From: Anthoceros angustus
Lineage: Eukaryota; Plantae; Anthocerotophyta
Direction: 5' to 3'
Length of the DNA stretch: 64,000 nucleotides
Assembly: GCA_010909165.1 (NCBI GenBank)
Contig: MU008152.1
Span: 248,001-312,000 of the forward strand
Both the position numbers and the translations under genes were made by a program. Each line of letters starts with the position of its first letter. Position 1 is the stretch's first letter. Of the stretch, positions 21,920 to 32,800 are shown in pieces. The notes under the pieces are model-generated. The model was not told the DNA's origin. It searched no databases and saw only the letters and a program-made list of their open reading frames with translations.

Positions 21920-22491
21920 ATGAAGAGGAGCTTGGCCAACGCTCGTTCATGCGAAACCTTCGAGCCAAACGTTATACCTAGAAGGATCGGTTTGCTCAGA
22001 CATCAAGGTCGTGTGCCATTGAGGAAAAGTGATGGGGTAGTTATCGCGGCTGAGTTTCGTAAACCATGTTGCAATGACATGTGTCTGCATAGGTTAACGA
22101 AAGAAAAATTTCTGTGAGCGCGTTCGCTTCTCGCATGGGAAGACAAAGTGAGACATTTTAAACCCTGATGCACGTCCACAGAGGGAATGAGGCGAAAGGC
22201 AGAGTGGTTCCTCATGTCATGGGCACTGCTGCTATCAAATGTTGTTTACGGGCATTTAGAAGAGTTTACTGCATTGGTCACAAAAGGTATGAGGAACTGA
22301 AGAGCAGGGTCATCCGCAATGCACCATGGGACAGTTTGAAGGCCAACCCCATACAGAAGACTGCCCACGCAGAGGGGGCCATAGCTTGGATGGACAATGC
22401 TTTTTTGTGCATGGCAGAGAGGCTGTCGAACGTGGAGGTCTTCAATCTTCCCGACACATACACGAAGTTGGAGATATGGGCTCAGTACAAG
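21920..22491 (+). pseudogene. Sola-like (DUF7869-type) transposase, N-terminal Cys-rich part
   Basis: KPCCNDMCL...KCCLRAFRRVYCIGHKRY...IAWM...AERL...FNLPDTYTKLEIWAQYK, matching CC...C / C..AF..lYgI / LP....K..vy..Y features. Ends at TSD ACAAG (22487-22491). Confidence 0.65.
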
Positions 22492-25385
22492 TGTGGGCTA
22501 CGGACTTCCCTTGGGGGTTAGGAAATAAGTTGGGTTTTGTTTTTTTTCGTAGGTCCGAAGTGTAAAATAAGGCGAAAAGGAGGAATGAGTACGCCTCCTC
22601 GGTGTTCCCGGAGTGTACTCCGGACCGGGAGTAGGTAACGGACCGGCATCACTCACGACGCCAGACCGGACCACACACCGGTATCGGATAAGTCCGGACC
22701 CACTCGGTCAAAACATGATAAGCACGCCAGAGTAACTTAGAAGTTGAGTCGTGAAGTCGGCGAGCGGCGCCACGTGGGACGGCCCACAGATGGAAGACGG
22801 CATGCAAAGACGCCAGATCCGGGTAGCCTTGCCGAGGCGTGTATTCACGCCCGCCAGCATCTTGCGCATGAAGGCCGTGAGTAGGCGGGCGCCAAGGTGA
22901 GAGTAAGCCATGCGCACCTGCGCGACACTGGCGGGGAAGGGCACCTCCCGCCCGCGGCTTTACCCGACGCCGCCGACGTGAAGGTCATTCTCGCGCGACC
23001 GAGACAATTCCTCTTGCGCCCGCAACCTCGCCCGCGCCATTTCTCAACGCCAGGGCAACTCGCTGCTCACCTTTGGGGTTGGAGCAACAACGCGCGTGAA
23101 GAGGGGCGATCGTGCGCCGATCACCGACAATCGTCCGCCGGAGTAAGAAGAAGAAGGCGATGGGACCCAAGAAGGTCTGAGGTATGGGCGCCATGGAACT
23201 GTGGAGCGCAACATTGTCACCGGCGCTATCCGGACTTTGGGCCGTGGTCGAGGAGGCGGGAGGATTGGTCGAGTGGCACCTTGACGTGTTCCGTCAGTTC
23301 GGATATTTGATGTCACCCCAGTCTTTGGGAGTTCGCCGGAAGATGTTGGCCCGGCCAACAAGGAGGTTCGATCCAAGAACCTCCGGAGGATCCTGCGAGG
23401 TGGACCTTGAGGTCCCGAGGGCGGCTTACAACCGCCACTGGAGAGATAGGGGCGTAGTCCGGAACCCCTAAGGCGAGGGGAAAGATAAGGCGGGCGATAG
23501 CGTTTTGAAGTCTTGAACGCAACAACCAAACTGCACTGTTGATGCCTGACCACCGGATGGGAGGGTGAGTGCCCCTGATCATTATCCACTCGCTCACCAA
23601 GGTGGATCACCTTGGTGACAACTTATTGGTGTTCCCGCACAAGGCCGCAAATAGGTAAGAGGGCCCAGGGAAGGATCGTCTCGCCGGGTTCAGCCAGAGG
23701 CCCTGGTGAGGTGTGAAGCCACCGTCAGATATCCCCATACCGATCCATGTGTGGGGACACACGACCTCCTCAAGGATGGGGAAGAAGAGCGGGCGCTCGG
23801 AAAAGGGCGCCCCTATCGGAGGCAGGCGGGCAAGGCGCCTCGAGAGGCCCGACCTAGGGCTAAGCGGGTCCGGAGGAGGAGGCGGCGGGAGGGATTCTGA
23901 CTCCATCGTGCGAGGGACCCCTCACCACCTAGGGAAGTGTGTGGGAAGATATCTCATGGACTACGGACTTCCAGGCGTTAGAAATTAGGTAGGATTTTGT
24001 TTTTTGTGTGGGGAGCCAAGGATAAATGAGGAAAAGGAGGAAATAAGCAGTCACTGGACGGCACTGGAGTATACTCCCGACTGGAGTGAGGAACGCATTA
24101 GACCTACACGATGGCGGCGCATTAAGACCGGACCCACTCCAGACCGGTGATAAGTACGCCAGTGAAAGTAACTTAGAAGTTGGGACCTGAAGTCGGTGGC
24201 GGGCGCGCCGTGGGCGGCCACAGATGGAAGGCAGGGCATGCGACACGCCCGGGGCGTAGCCTTGCCGGGCCGTTATGGCTGTATTCACGCCCAGCGTCTT
24301 GGCAGTAAGGCGGTGAGGCGGAGCGCAAGGTGAGTAAGCCATGCGGACCTCTGGCGATTCTGGGGGGAAGGGCACCCTCCGTCCGGCCAGTTACTCCGAC
24401 GGCAGTGAGGAAGGTCATTTCTAGCGACCTCGAGACAATTCTCCCTTGATCTCTTTCGCAACCACCGCCCTCTGGCGCTATTTCTCCGAGCCTTTCGGGC
24501 ACCTTGGCAGCTCACCTTTGGGGTTGGAGGCGTGAGAAGCGCAGGCGCGCCGATGCCCAGTCGCGGACAATCGTCTGACGGAGTAAGAAGAAGAAGGCGA
24601 TGGGACCCAAGAAGAGGCTATGGGCGCCATGGAACACGGTGGGCGCAACTTATCATTGTCACCGGCGCTATCGGACTTTGGGCGTGGGTGGAGGCGGGAG
24701 GATTGTCGAGAGGTGGCACACAGGGCGTGTTCAGTTGCTCGGATGTTGTGATGTCACCTAGTCAGGGAGTTCGCCGGAAGATGTTAGTGACCCGGAGGAG
24801 TTCGATCCAAGAACCTCCGGGAGGATCAGTGGACCTTGGGAGGTCACGAGTGGCCCGGTAGGAGGAGATAGGGGCGTAGTCCGGAACCCCTCAGGCGGGG
24901 AAAGATAAGCGGCGGAGGCGTCTTGGCCTTGAGGCATGGCGAACAACCAGCGGTTTGGTTGATGTCGGACCTTTGAGCAGGAGGTGAGCGGTGGCGGATC
25001 ATCGTCCATTGGAACACTGCTCACAAGGTGGATCACCTTGGTGACAACTTATTGGTGTTCTGCATGCTTGTTGCCGGTAAGAGGTGCCCAGGGGAAGGAT
25101 CGTCTTACGCCGGGTTCATGAGGCCCTGGTGAGGTGTGAGGAAGCCACCTCCGTCGGGACTGTCCCATACGATCCAGTGTGGGGACATTACGACCTCACT
25201 GAAGGATGGGGAGAGAGGCGGGCGCTCGGAAGGGGCTGGCCCCTATCGGGCGGAGGCGGGCAGGCGCCCAAGTGAGGCCCGACCCCTAGGGCTAAGCGGG
25301 TCGGGAGGAGGGCGGCAGGGAGGGATTACGGACTCCATCGTGCAGGCGGACCCCTCACCACCTAGGGAAGTGTGGGAAGATATCA
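22492..25385 (+). repeat. Two extra tandem ~1.45-kb copies of the LTR 5' module
   Basis: GACTACGGAC...GGTTAGAAATTAGGTAGGATTTTGTTTTTTGTG head motif at ~22495, ~23958 and ~25389, each followed by the same ordered sequence. Confidence 0.8.
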
Positions 25386-28300
25386 TGGACTACGGACTAC
25401 ACAGGGGTTAAATTAGGTAGGATTTTGTTTTTTGTGGAGGCGAAGGATAATGAGGCGAAAAGGAGGAAATAAGCCGGTTAGCACTCGGGGCACTCCGGAG
25501 TATACTCGACTCGGAGTGAGGGCGACTTAGACCTACGATGGCGGGCGGCGGGGTAAGGCCGGACCCACTCCGGGACCGAGGCGGGATAAATGCGCGAAGG
25601 TAACTTAGAAGTTGGGCGTGAGGACTGAGGCGGCGCCACGTGGGCGACCACGAGTGGAGGGCGGGCATGCGGGTCGGGCCGTAACCTTGCGAGGCCGTTA
25701 TAGCGCAGTATTCACGCGCGGTGCTGGCGGCGTGGGGCGTGCAGCGGCGGAGTAGGCGTGCAGCGTAGCGCGAGTAAGCCATGCGGACCTCAGCGATTCT
25801 GACGAGGCGCCCTCGCCCGGTGTTACTCCGGCGTGGTCGCGGAAGAAGGTCATTTGCGACCTCGAGACAATTCTCGCGATCTCTTGCGCTCCGATCCGGC
25901 TCTCTGGCGGTATCTCGTGGACACTCGGGCGTCTTGTGCGGCTCACGTTGAGGTCGGGAGCGGGCGGAAGAGGCTCAGCGTGCCCGGCGTCTCGACAAGC
26001 GGCGGCGGCAACCAAGGGAGAAGAAGGCGATGGCACCCAAAAGCCAGCGGAAGTTTGGGAGCCATGGAACCTTGTGGGCGCAACATTGTGACCGGCGCTA
26101 TCCGGACTTTGGGCTCGCTCCGAGGCGGGGGTGGTGCGGGAGTGGCATTTGGATGTGTTCCAAATGGTCGGACATTTGTGTCACTGTCGGAGTTTGCGGA
26201 AGATCTTGGTCAACAAGGAGGTGCGGTCCAAGAACCTCGGGAGGACCAAGGCGATGGACCTTGGAGGTCTGAGGCGGCCTAGCCCAAGGAGGAAGAGGGG
26301 AGTGCGGGCCTCAAGGCGAAGGGAAGATAGGCACAGCGTGATGCTAAGGCACAGGGCGCGGACCCTGTGTTGGGCGATATCCGACTGTTGGAGTCAGGCG
26401 GTGGCCGGATCATCGTCACTGGAACCTACTCACCAAGGTGGATCACCTTGGTGATAATCTATAGTGTTCTGCCTGCGGCGGAAGAAGGCGGGAGGGAAGG
26501 ATTATCTTCGCCCGGTTTAGCGAGGCTCATAGCTCGGGCGAAGCCCCCGCCATCAGCATCCCCATGCGATCCATGTATGGGGCATTTGAACTCCTCGGAA
26601 GGAGAGCTTGCGGCGCTCGGAAGGAGAGGCCCTCCGGAAGTGGAGGCGGGCAAGGCGGGAGGAGGCAGTGAAAACCAAGCGGACTCGGGAGGAGGGGAGG
26701 ATTCCGGACTCCATACGTGGGCGGACCCCTCACCACCAGGAAGTATGGGAAGCAATTCCCTCCTCCCTGGTGCCCCAAACCCGGCCGGCCAGAGGCGGCC
26801 GGCCGGCCCGCCGGCCATCACTCGGTGAGGCCCCCGGACCGGGAGAGGCGAAGCGAAGACCACGGCTACCAGCGGCACGGTGCAGTGCCTCTTCCCTGAC
26901 GGAGTGGCAAGCGGAGGAAGCGATGGGAGGCGAAGGGCCAGCCCGAGGAGGCGAGGAGGACAGCAGCGCATCGAGCAGTCTGGCCCGAGGAAGGGCGTGC
27001 TCGGACTCCATCACCTCATGAGCCCCGGGGAGAAAAAGGGAGAAGGAGCTCATGAAAGGGCCAAGGAAGCTCGGAGCTCGGCCTCGGGACCTAAGGGTCT
27101 GATTGGGTCCGGAGAACCCAGTCGGACTTACTCGGGACTGCGGTATGGAGGTCCTTGGCGGACCGTGAGATGCCGGCTCCCGCGGACTTTGTGGGAGCCT
27201 CACCGGCGGCCGTGGAGGCTGAGTCACAGCTACCGTCATGGGCGGTATGCTCACAGTCTGCGGGATGGCAGGCCCGGAGGTGGAAGCCACCGGGCGCATG
27301 GTGCTCCTCCGGGAGGCGGTTGGAGGAGCCAGGCGAGAAGGAAGCTCTCGGCGGGATTGAGGAAGGAAGCCGGGAGGCGAGAGGAGGTCTGGTCCATCCG
27401 AGGCCGGACCAAATTCCTTCGGTGGAGGAAAGTGAGCGACCAGGAGGCCCAAGCGGGCGGAGGACCTCTGCTGAGCGAGGCGAGGCAGGCGCCGGCAGGC
27501 AGGATCTGGGCAGCCCGACAGACGGTGGAGGCTCGGTGAAGGTGGCCAGGAGGCGGAGGCCACGCAGGCCGATCGCGATCACTCGGCGTGATCGGGCCGG
27601 TGGAGAGGCGGCCGAGGCCCAATCGAAGGCCGAGCAAGTGGCGCGGAGCAAGCAGTCGGCCGTGAGGCTGGAGGCCGGCACCGGAGATTGGGGACCTCGA
27701 GTGCAGTGCAGGAGGTAGAAGAGGCGGGCGGAGGACAACAAGGACACCTTGGAGTTGCAACTCCAAGATGCGGGCGGGGTTCTCAAGAATCCAAGACTTG
27801 ACGAGAGGTGGGCGCCTCCGGCTCGCTTGAAAACGGAGGAGAGCGGCGAGGTTCGGCGTCGCAGGTTCTGCGGGGCGTGGAGCGAGTCGGACGGGATCGG
27901 CCCTGGAGAAGGAAGTGGAGGACCTCGGGAAAGAATAGAAGAAGGGAGGAAAATTTGGAGGAAAGTGCTGCTGTCCGGTTGCGAGGCGAGAAGGGGCTCG
28001 CTCCATGGCCCATGGCGGGCTGAAGCAACGAGGAGGAGAGAGCGGCGAAGGTTGCAGAATGAGGCGCCTTGGCGGCCTCAAAAGTCCGCCCGCCTCGGTG
28101 AGCAGCCACGGAGGCAGGCAGGCGGGCGATCTGCTCGATTCGGGCACCTGGAGGAGAGTCGGGTGCTCGGGCTCATGTGGAGGAGGCGATTGACAAGTCG
28201 ATTCCGACCGCCTACCACGCAGAGCTCCTCAAGGCTCGGAGGTCTGCGCCACCTAGGCGGGAGGTGGACTTCGAGGAAGGACGGAAGGAGGCGAGGGAGG

Positions 28301-29607
28301 ACGGACCGGGGCACAACCACAGGAGTCCTAGGGCTGTTTGGACAGCGGCAGCGAAGAGCGGCGGGAGGAAGGGAGGAGGAGGAGGCGCCACGGAGGTAAG
28401 CCCTCGGCACCCTCGCATGGAAGGACGAGGAGGATCTTGGAAGGGAAAGGGGCAAGCGGGCATTCGGGAACCAAGGAGGCTCGGTGGATGAACCCGTGGC
28501 TAGCCGAGGAGGCATGCCGGGGCACGGTCGGACTTTGTCCGGACTCCGGCCGGATCAGAGGTCCGGCCCCGGAAGGACTTAGGGATCCGGACTCTAATGG
28601 TGACCCCAGGTCCGGACCCGAGAAGGGTTGGGTCAGGCCGGAGGCTCAGGTCCCAGGGACTCGGAGGCAGGAGGCCGGACCCGGAGGACCTAGAGTCCGG
28701 ACTCGAGTCGAGGCAGTCGAGGTCCAAACTCGGGAGTGGGGAGAGCCATCGATCCTGTGATCCAACCCTTGGAGGCCCGCTGCGGGGGCGAGGAGAGAAG
28801 AGGGAGGAGGAGGACTTGGTGGTGGCCGCGTTGTCGGGCCCGCGCGGTGACTGGACCCTCGGGAAGAGGAAGGGGTCCCGCCTCGCGGATCATCCGATTG
28901 GGTCTTGCGCGGAGAGCTCGGCTTTGGGCCGGTGCCAAGAAGGAATGAGGCCATCCGGCCCAAGCGGCGATAGGTGGAATAGGGATAAGGCGGTGGTTAG
29001 GGGTACCGAGGCCCTCGGCTGAATAGAGGTGTAATAAAGCGCCGACCTTGGGCGTAGTATAAGAGGCTAAGGCCTCAGATAAATCATCTTTCTCTTGGTG
29101 TTGATGCGTTCTTGCAGACCTTTGTGTGTCTTCTTGCTAACGTGAGTCTGAGTCAGCGGGCACGGCGCTCGGGAGATTGATCGGTCCCGTGGCGGACCTA
29201 ACGTTGTGGTGTGTGCGGGGAAGGGTGACGGTGACCCGTGCTCGTCGGCGCCCGGCCCGACGGGCCGGGCGTGTGGAGGAGGAACTCGGGAGGCGTCTGA
29301 GCCGGACGGAGGCCAGTGAGCAGGAGGTCGGCGTAACCAGCGTCTTTTCTAAGGTGAGGAGTGTAGTGAGGGGAGAGGAAAGGAGGATGTGTGAGGAGGA
29401 TGTGAGCGATCTGGACGAGGTCCTTAAACGTTTGGCCATACCGCTGTCTGTGAACGTTGTGAGTAGTTAGGAGTATGTGTGTGTTGATGAGCGGCTAAGG
29501 CAGTGGGAATCACACGAAGCAGCGGCAGAGCCTATCATTCCCTTGGGAGCGGACTTCTTCCTACAACGACACGGATTGTCGCGCTGGCCATCGGTAGTCG
29601 CGCCACA
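25386..29607 (+). repeat. Main 5' LTR (~4.2 kb)
   Basis: Collinear with 34897-~39160. TATA-like GTATAAGAGG near 29057. Ends GTCGCGCCACA before the PBS. Confidence 0.8.
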
Positions 29608-29610
29608 TTT

Positions 29611-29624
29611 TGGCGTTGCGGGGA
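29611..29624 (+). promoter_or_regulatory. Degenerate Athila-type primer-binding site
   Basis: ACATTT|TGGCGTTGCGGGGA resembles TGGCGCCGTTGCCGGGGA. Confidence 0.65.
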
Positions 29625-29814
29625 ATGAAATCGTTCGTAGCGTGGATGCGTGGAGGGCGTGAGGTAGTTAAGGAAGAATTCTGAGAGAGTCGGACGTTGT
29701 GGTGCCCGGGCGCTCGGCGCGACGTGAGAGGCGACGAGCTCGGCGAGACACCAGCGGTAAGTGTGGTGGGTTGTCGGATCGAGAGGAGGGCCAAGTCGGT
29801 GGTAAGGCGGTTCC

Positions 29815-32800
29815 TCATCCCTTACGATCGCGGCGATGGCAACAACGTCGACCAAGCAAGCGTATTCTCTCTTTGGAGGTAAGAAGGAGAGAGCCGAAAC
29901 CTTCGTGGAGGATTTTGTGTCTCGGGCAAACTTCAACGGAGAAGGTTCGGATGCAGCTCATTTTCAAGGGTCTGCGGGTCTGCTCGGTGGTGAGAAATAA
30001 CCGCCTCGACGCACCCGCAACCTTGAGCATTGAAGGATGCCTTCTTAGAAAGATTCGCGGAATCGATCAAGAAGGCTATGTCTTGTCCAAACTCGAGAAG
30101 AGGCGAGGAAAGGCGGAGAAGTTGGGATCGTACATCGAGCGGTTCTGCCTGGGGACGGCACCCCACTACCATGCGGTGATGCGTTGGTTCGCGGCTTATC
30201 CAAGCCATGGCTAAGCACGTCTCTTTGTTGGCGAAGAAAGATGTGAGCAAGGCGGTCGGGCGGAGAACTATGAAGAATCGATGCACCGACGGCCGAGGAC
30301 TCCTCCAGGAGGAAAGAAGAAGAAGAAGCGGGGTCGGACTCAAGATGAAGAACCCTCGGACGAGGAGAGGATGAGGCGAGCCGTCGGAGGAAGAGGAAGA
30401 GGACTCAGGAAGAATCCAGGAGGTCATGGAAGAAGAAGAACCCAGAAAAATAAAGAAGAAGCCGTAGTCGGCGGAGGTGGAAAAGAAGGAGGTCATGATG
30501 CCCTGTAGAGAGGTCCCCAGCTCCTTTGAAGGAAGTAGCGGGGGAGGAAGATCTAGAACGGGTAATGAAGAGGGTGGAGGAGTTGACGATCAACCGGTGA
30601 AGGATAAAGAGCGTAAGGCGGCCACCAGTACTCATCTGTTGCGGTGTGTCACCAACATGGGCATTCGAGGCCAAGCGCCTCGGACCCGTGAACCTGGAGT
30701 GACTACGGGAAGAGTCCGAGGTGGGAGGATGCATACCAAGTGCAAGAAACCGGGACCACGGTATCCCAGACGATGTACCCACGGCTGGTCCGTCTGCATC
30801 GACCTCCGATCGACCGCATGGGAGCCCCTCCGAATTCTCGCGGTGGTTTGTTGGAACTGTGGGAACCCGGACACTACTCCAACTGTCCCTACCCCACGGA
30901 CAAGGTAAGGACTTTGAGCAGGCTGTGGAGATTGTGGCGGGGCGGGGCACATGCGGGCGTGTACGTGTCCGAATCCTCGCTCGAGGGGCGTGCGCTACGC
31001 CGGGGGAGCCAAGACCACGCCCCCCTAAGGCGCGCTGTGCTTTGAAGGCGCTGGGGCGGAGTGGGAGGAGGCGAGGGGGCACAAGCGAGGTGGTCAAAAG
31101 TTCCAAGGAGAAGAAGGCGGACCTGGAGTCTTGGAAGTGTCAACCGAGTCGCCGAAGGAGCGGAAGGAACGGAGGCAGTAAGAGGAAGAAAATGAGGATA
31201 GTCCCACGGATACGGAGGACGGAACACCCTGAAGGCCGAACCCGCCAAAGAGGCGAGTTAAAGCGCCCTAGAAGAAAACCCCAAAGCCAAGGAGTCTCGG
31301 AAGGACTCACCTGCGCAGTTCCGGATGTGGTTGAAGTGACCGAGATGCTTCAAGAAGAACTCCGGCAGGACCCAGTAGTCCCCACCACGGCGGAACCAAG
31401 CTGGAGGAGTGACGTGGCGGGGAGAACCACCCGGCCCTTTCAAGGTGGCCGACTTGATGATGGACCAACAACACTTGGTGTCCCTTAGGCAGTTGTTAAA
31501 GGACAACCCGAAGTATCGACAGGAAGTCCGGAAGGCCATCAGGGAAACGCAACCACGACGGAACCCCTTGGTCCGGAAGGGCAAGAACGTCGAGGTAAGG
31601 GTCGTATCTCATACGGACCCTGGGGCGCCAGTGGTGCAGGTGGAAATTGCGGGGTGTGTAATCAAAAACGTGCCTCTAGATACGGGGTCAGGAGTGAACC
31701 TCATCACCGAGGCCCGCAAGACGGTGGGGTTCACCACCTTGAGCCATCCACCAAAACCCTCGGGATGGCGGACATGTCGCGGCCGCCAGGGAGTTGTCCG
31801 AGTCCAAGCCACCATAGCGGGAGCCCCTATACATTAGATTTTGTCATCGGACCGCGGACCACTGGGGTATGAGGTCCTGAGGCGGCCTTGGCCTCGCTCG
31901 AGACAAAACTACACTTGGACGGAAGAGATACACTTCAAGCCGTGGTGGGATCCGAAGGTGAGGGAAGGACGGTAGCGATTACAGGAGGACGACATCGTGG
32001 AAACAAGCACCACAGAGGGTACACCTCCGAGAAGGCAGTGACGATGAGCGCGAGGATACGAATGAGGACTACCCTTTCCCAAAATCACGTGGTCGAGGAG
32101 GAGATGGATTATGGAGGGACGCCTTTGGAGCGGAGGTGGACGAGGAGGTCATCGATTGTTTTAGGGTGGACTGCGGACAAGAGGAAGGCAATCAAGAGGA
32201 GGGTCCAGCGAGGCGGAGTACGAGAAGTAACCTTCACTTGACGAGCTCTTTCGGGAGTGGGGAATGCGTGAAGATGAACCCGGATGGAGGGCGACGGACG
32301 TAGCGAGCGGCAAGAGAAAGGAGGCAGTCAACGGACGATGTGGAAGACGTGGAGGTTCGCCGGAAATTCCTCAAATTCGCAAGGGCATCGAGGGTTAAAC
32401 GAGACCTCACCCGATTGTTGGGGGTAGGTGTTTGCTTTCAAGGTCACGGATATGAAAGGCATTCCAGCGAAGGCGAACACCGGATAGATCTGAAGCGAGG
32501 CGGTGCTGTTCGGATTAGGCGTGTCAATCCCAAGCACTCTCAAGGTCAAGGAAGTCTGGATAAATAAGTATAGCGGACATCATCTTCCCAATCGTAAGCG
32601 TGAGTGGGTGGCGCCCATTGTGGTCGTCGAAGAAGCAGGCGGATTCGTCTCGGATGGAGAAAGCTGCCGCCACGGAAAGGACCATTTCCCATGCCCTTTG
32701 TGGACGACATCTTGGACAAGGTGGCGGGGAGTACCTACTCCTTCTTGGGCGCTACTCCGGCTACAACCCTACACCTAAAGTGGGTATAAGACAACATTCA

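Noticed and set aside
22700-29000. Dozens of long overlapping ORFs (up to 298 aa) on both strands
   Set aside because: GC-rich, stop-poor LTR sequence. The P/R/S/G-rich antisense frames are not credible genes; only one sense frame is tentatively retained.
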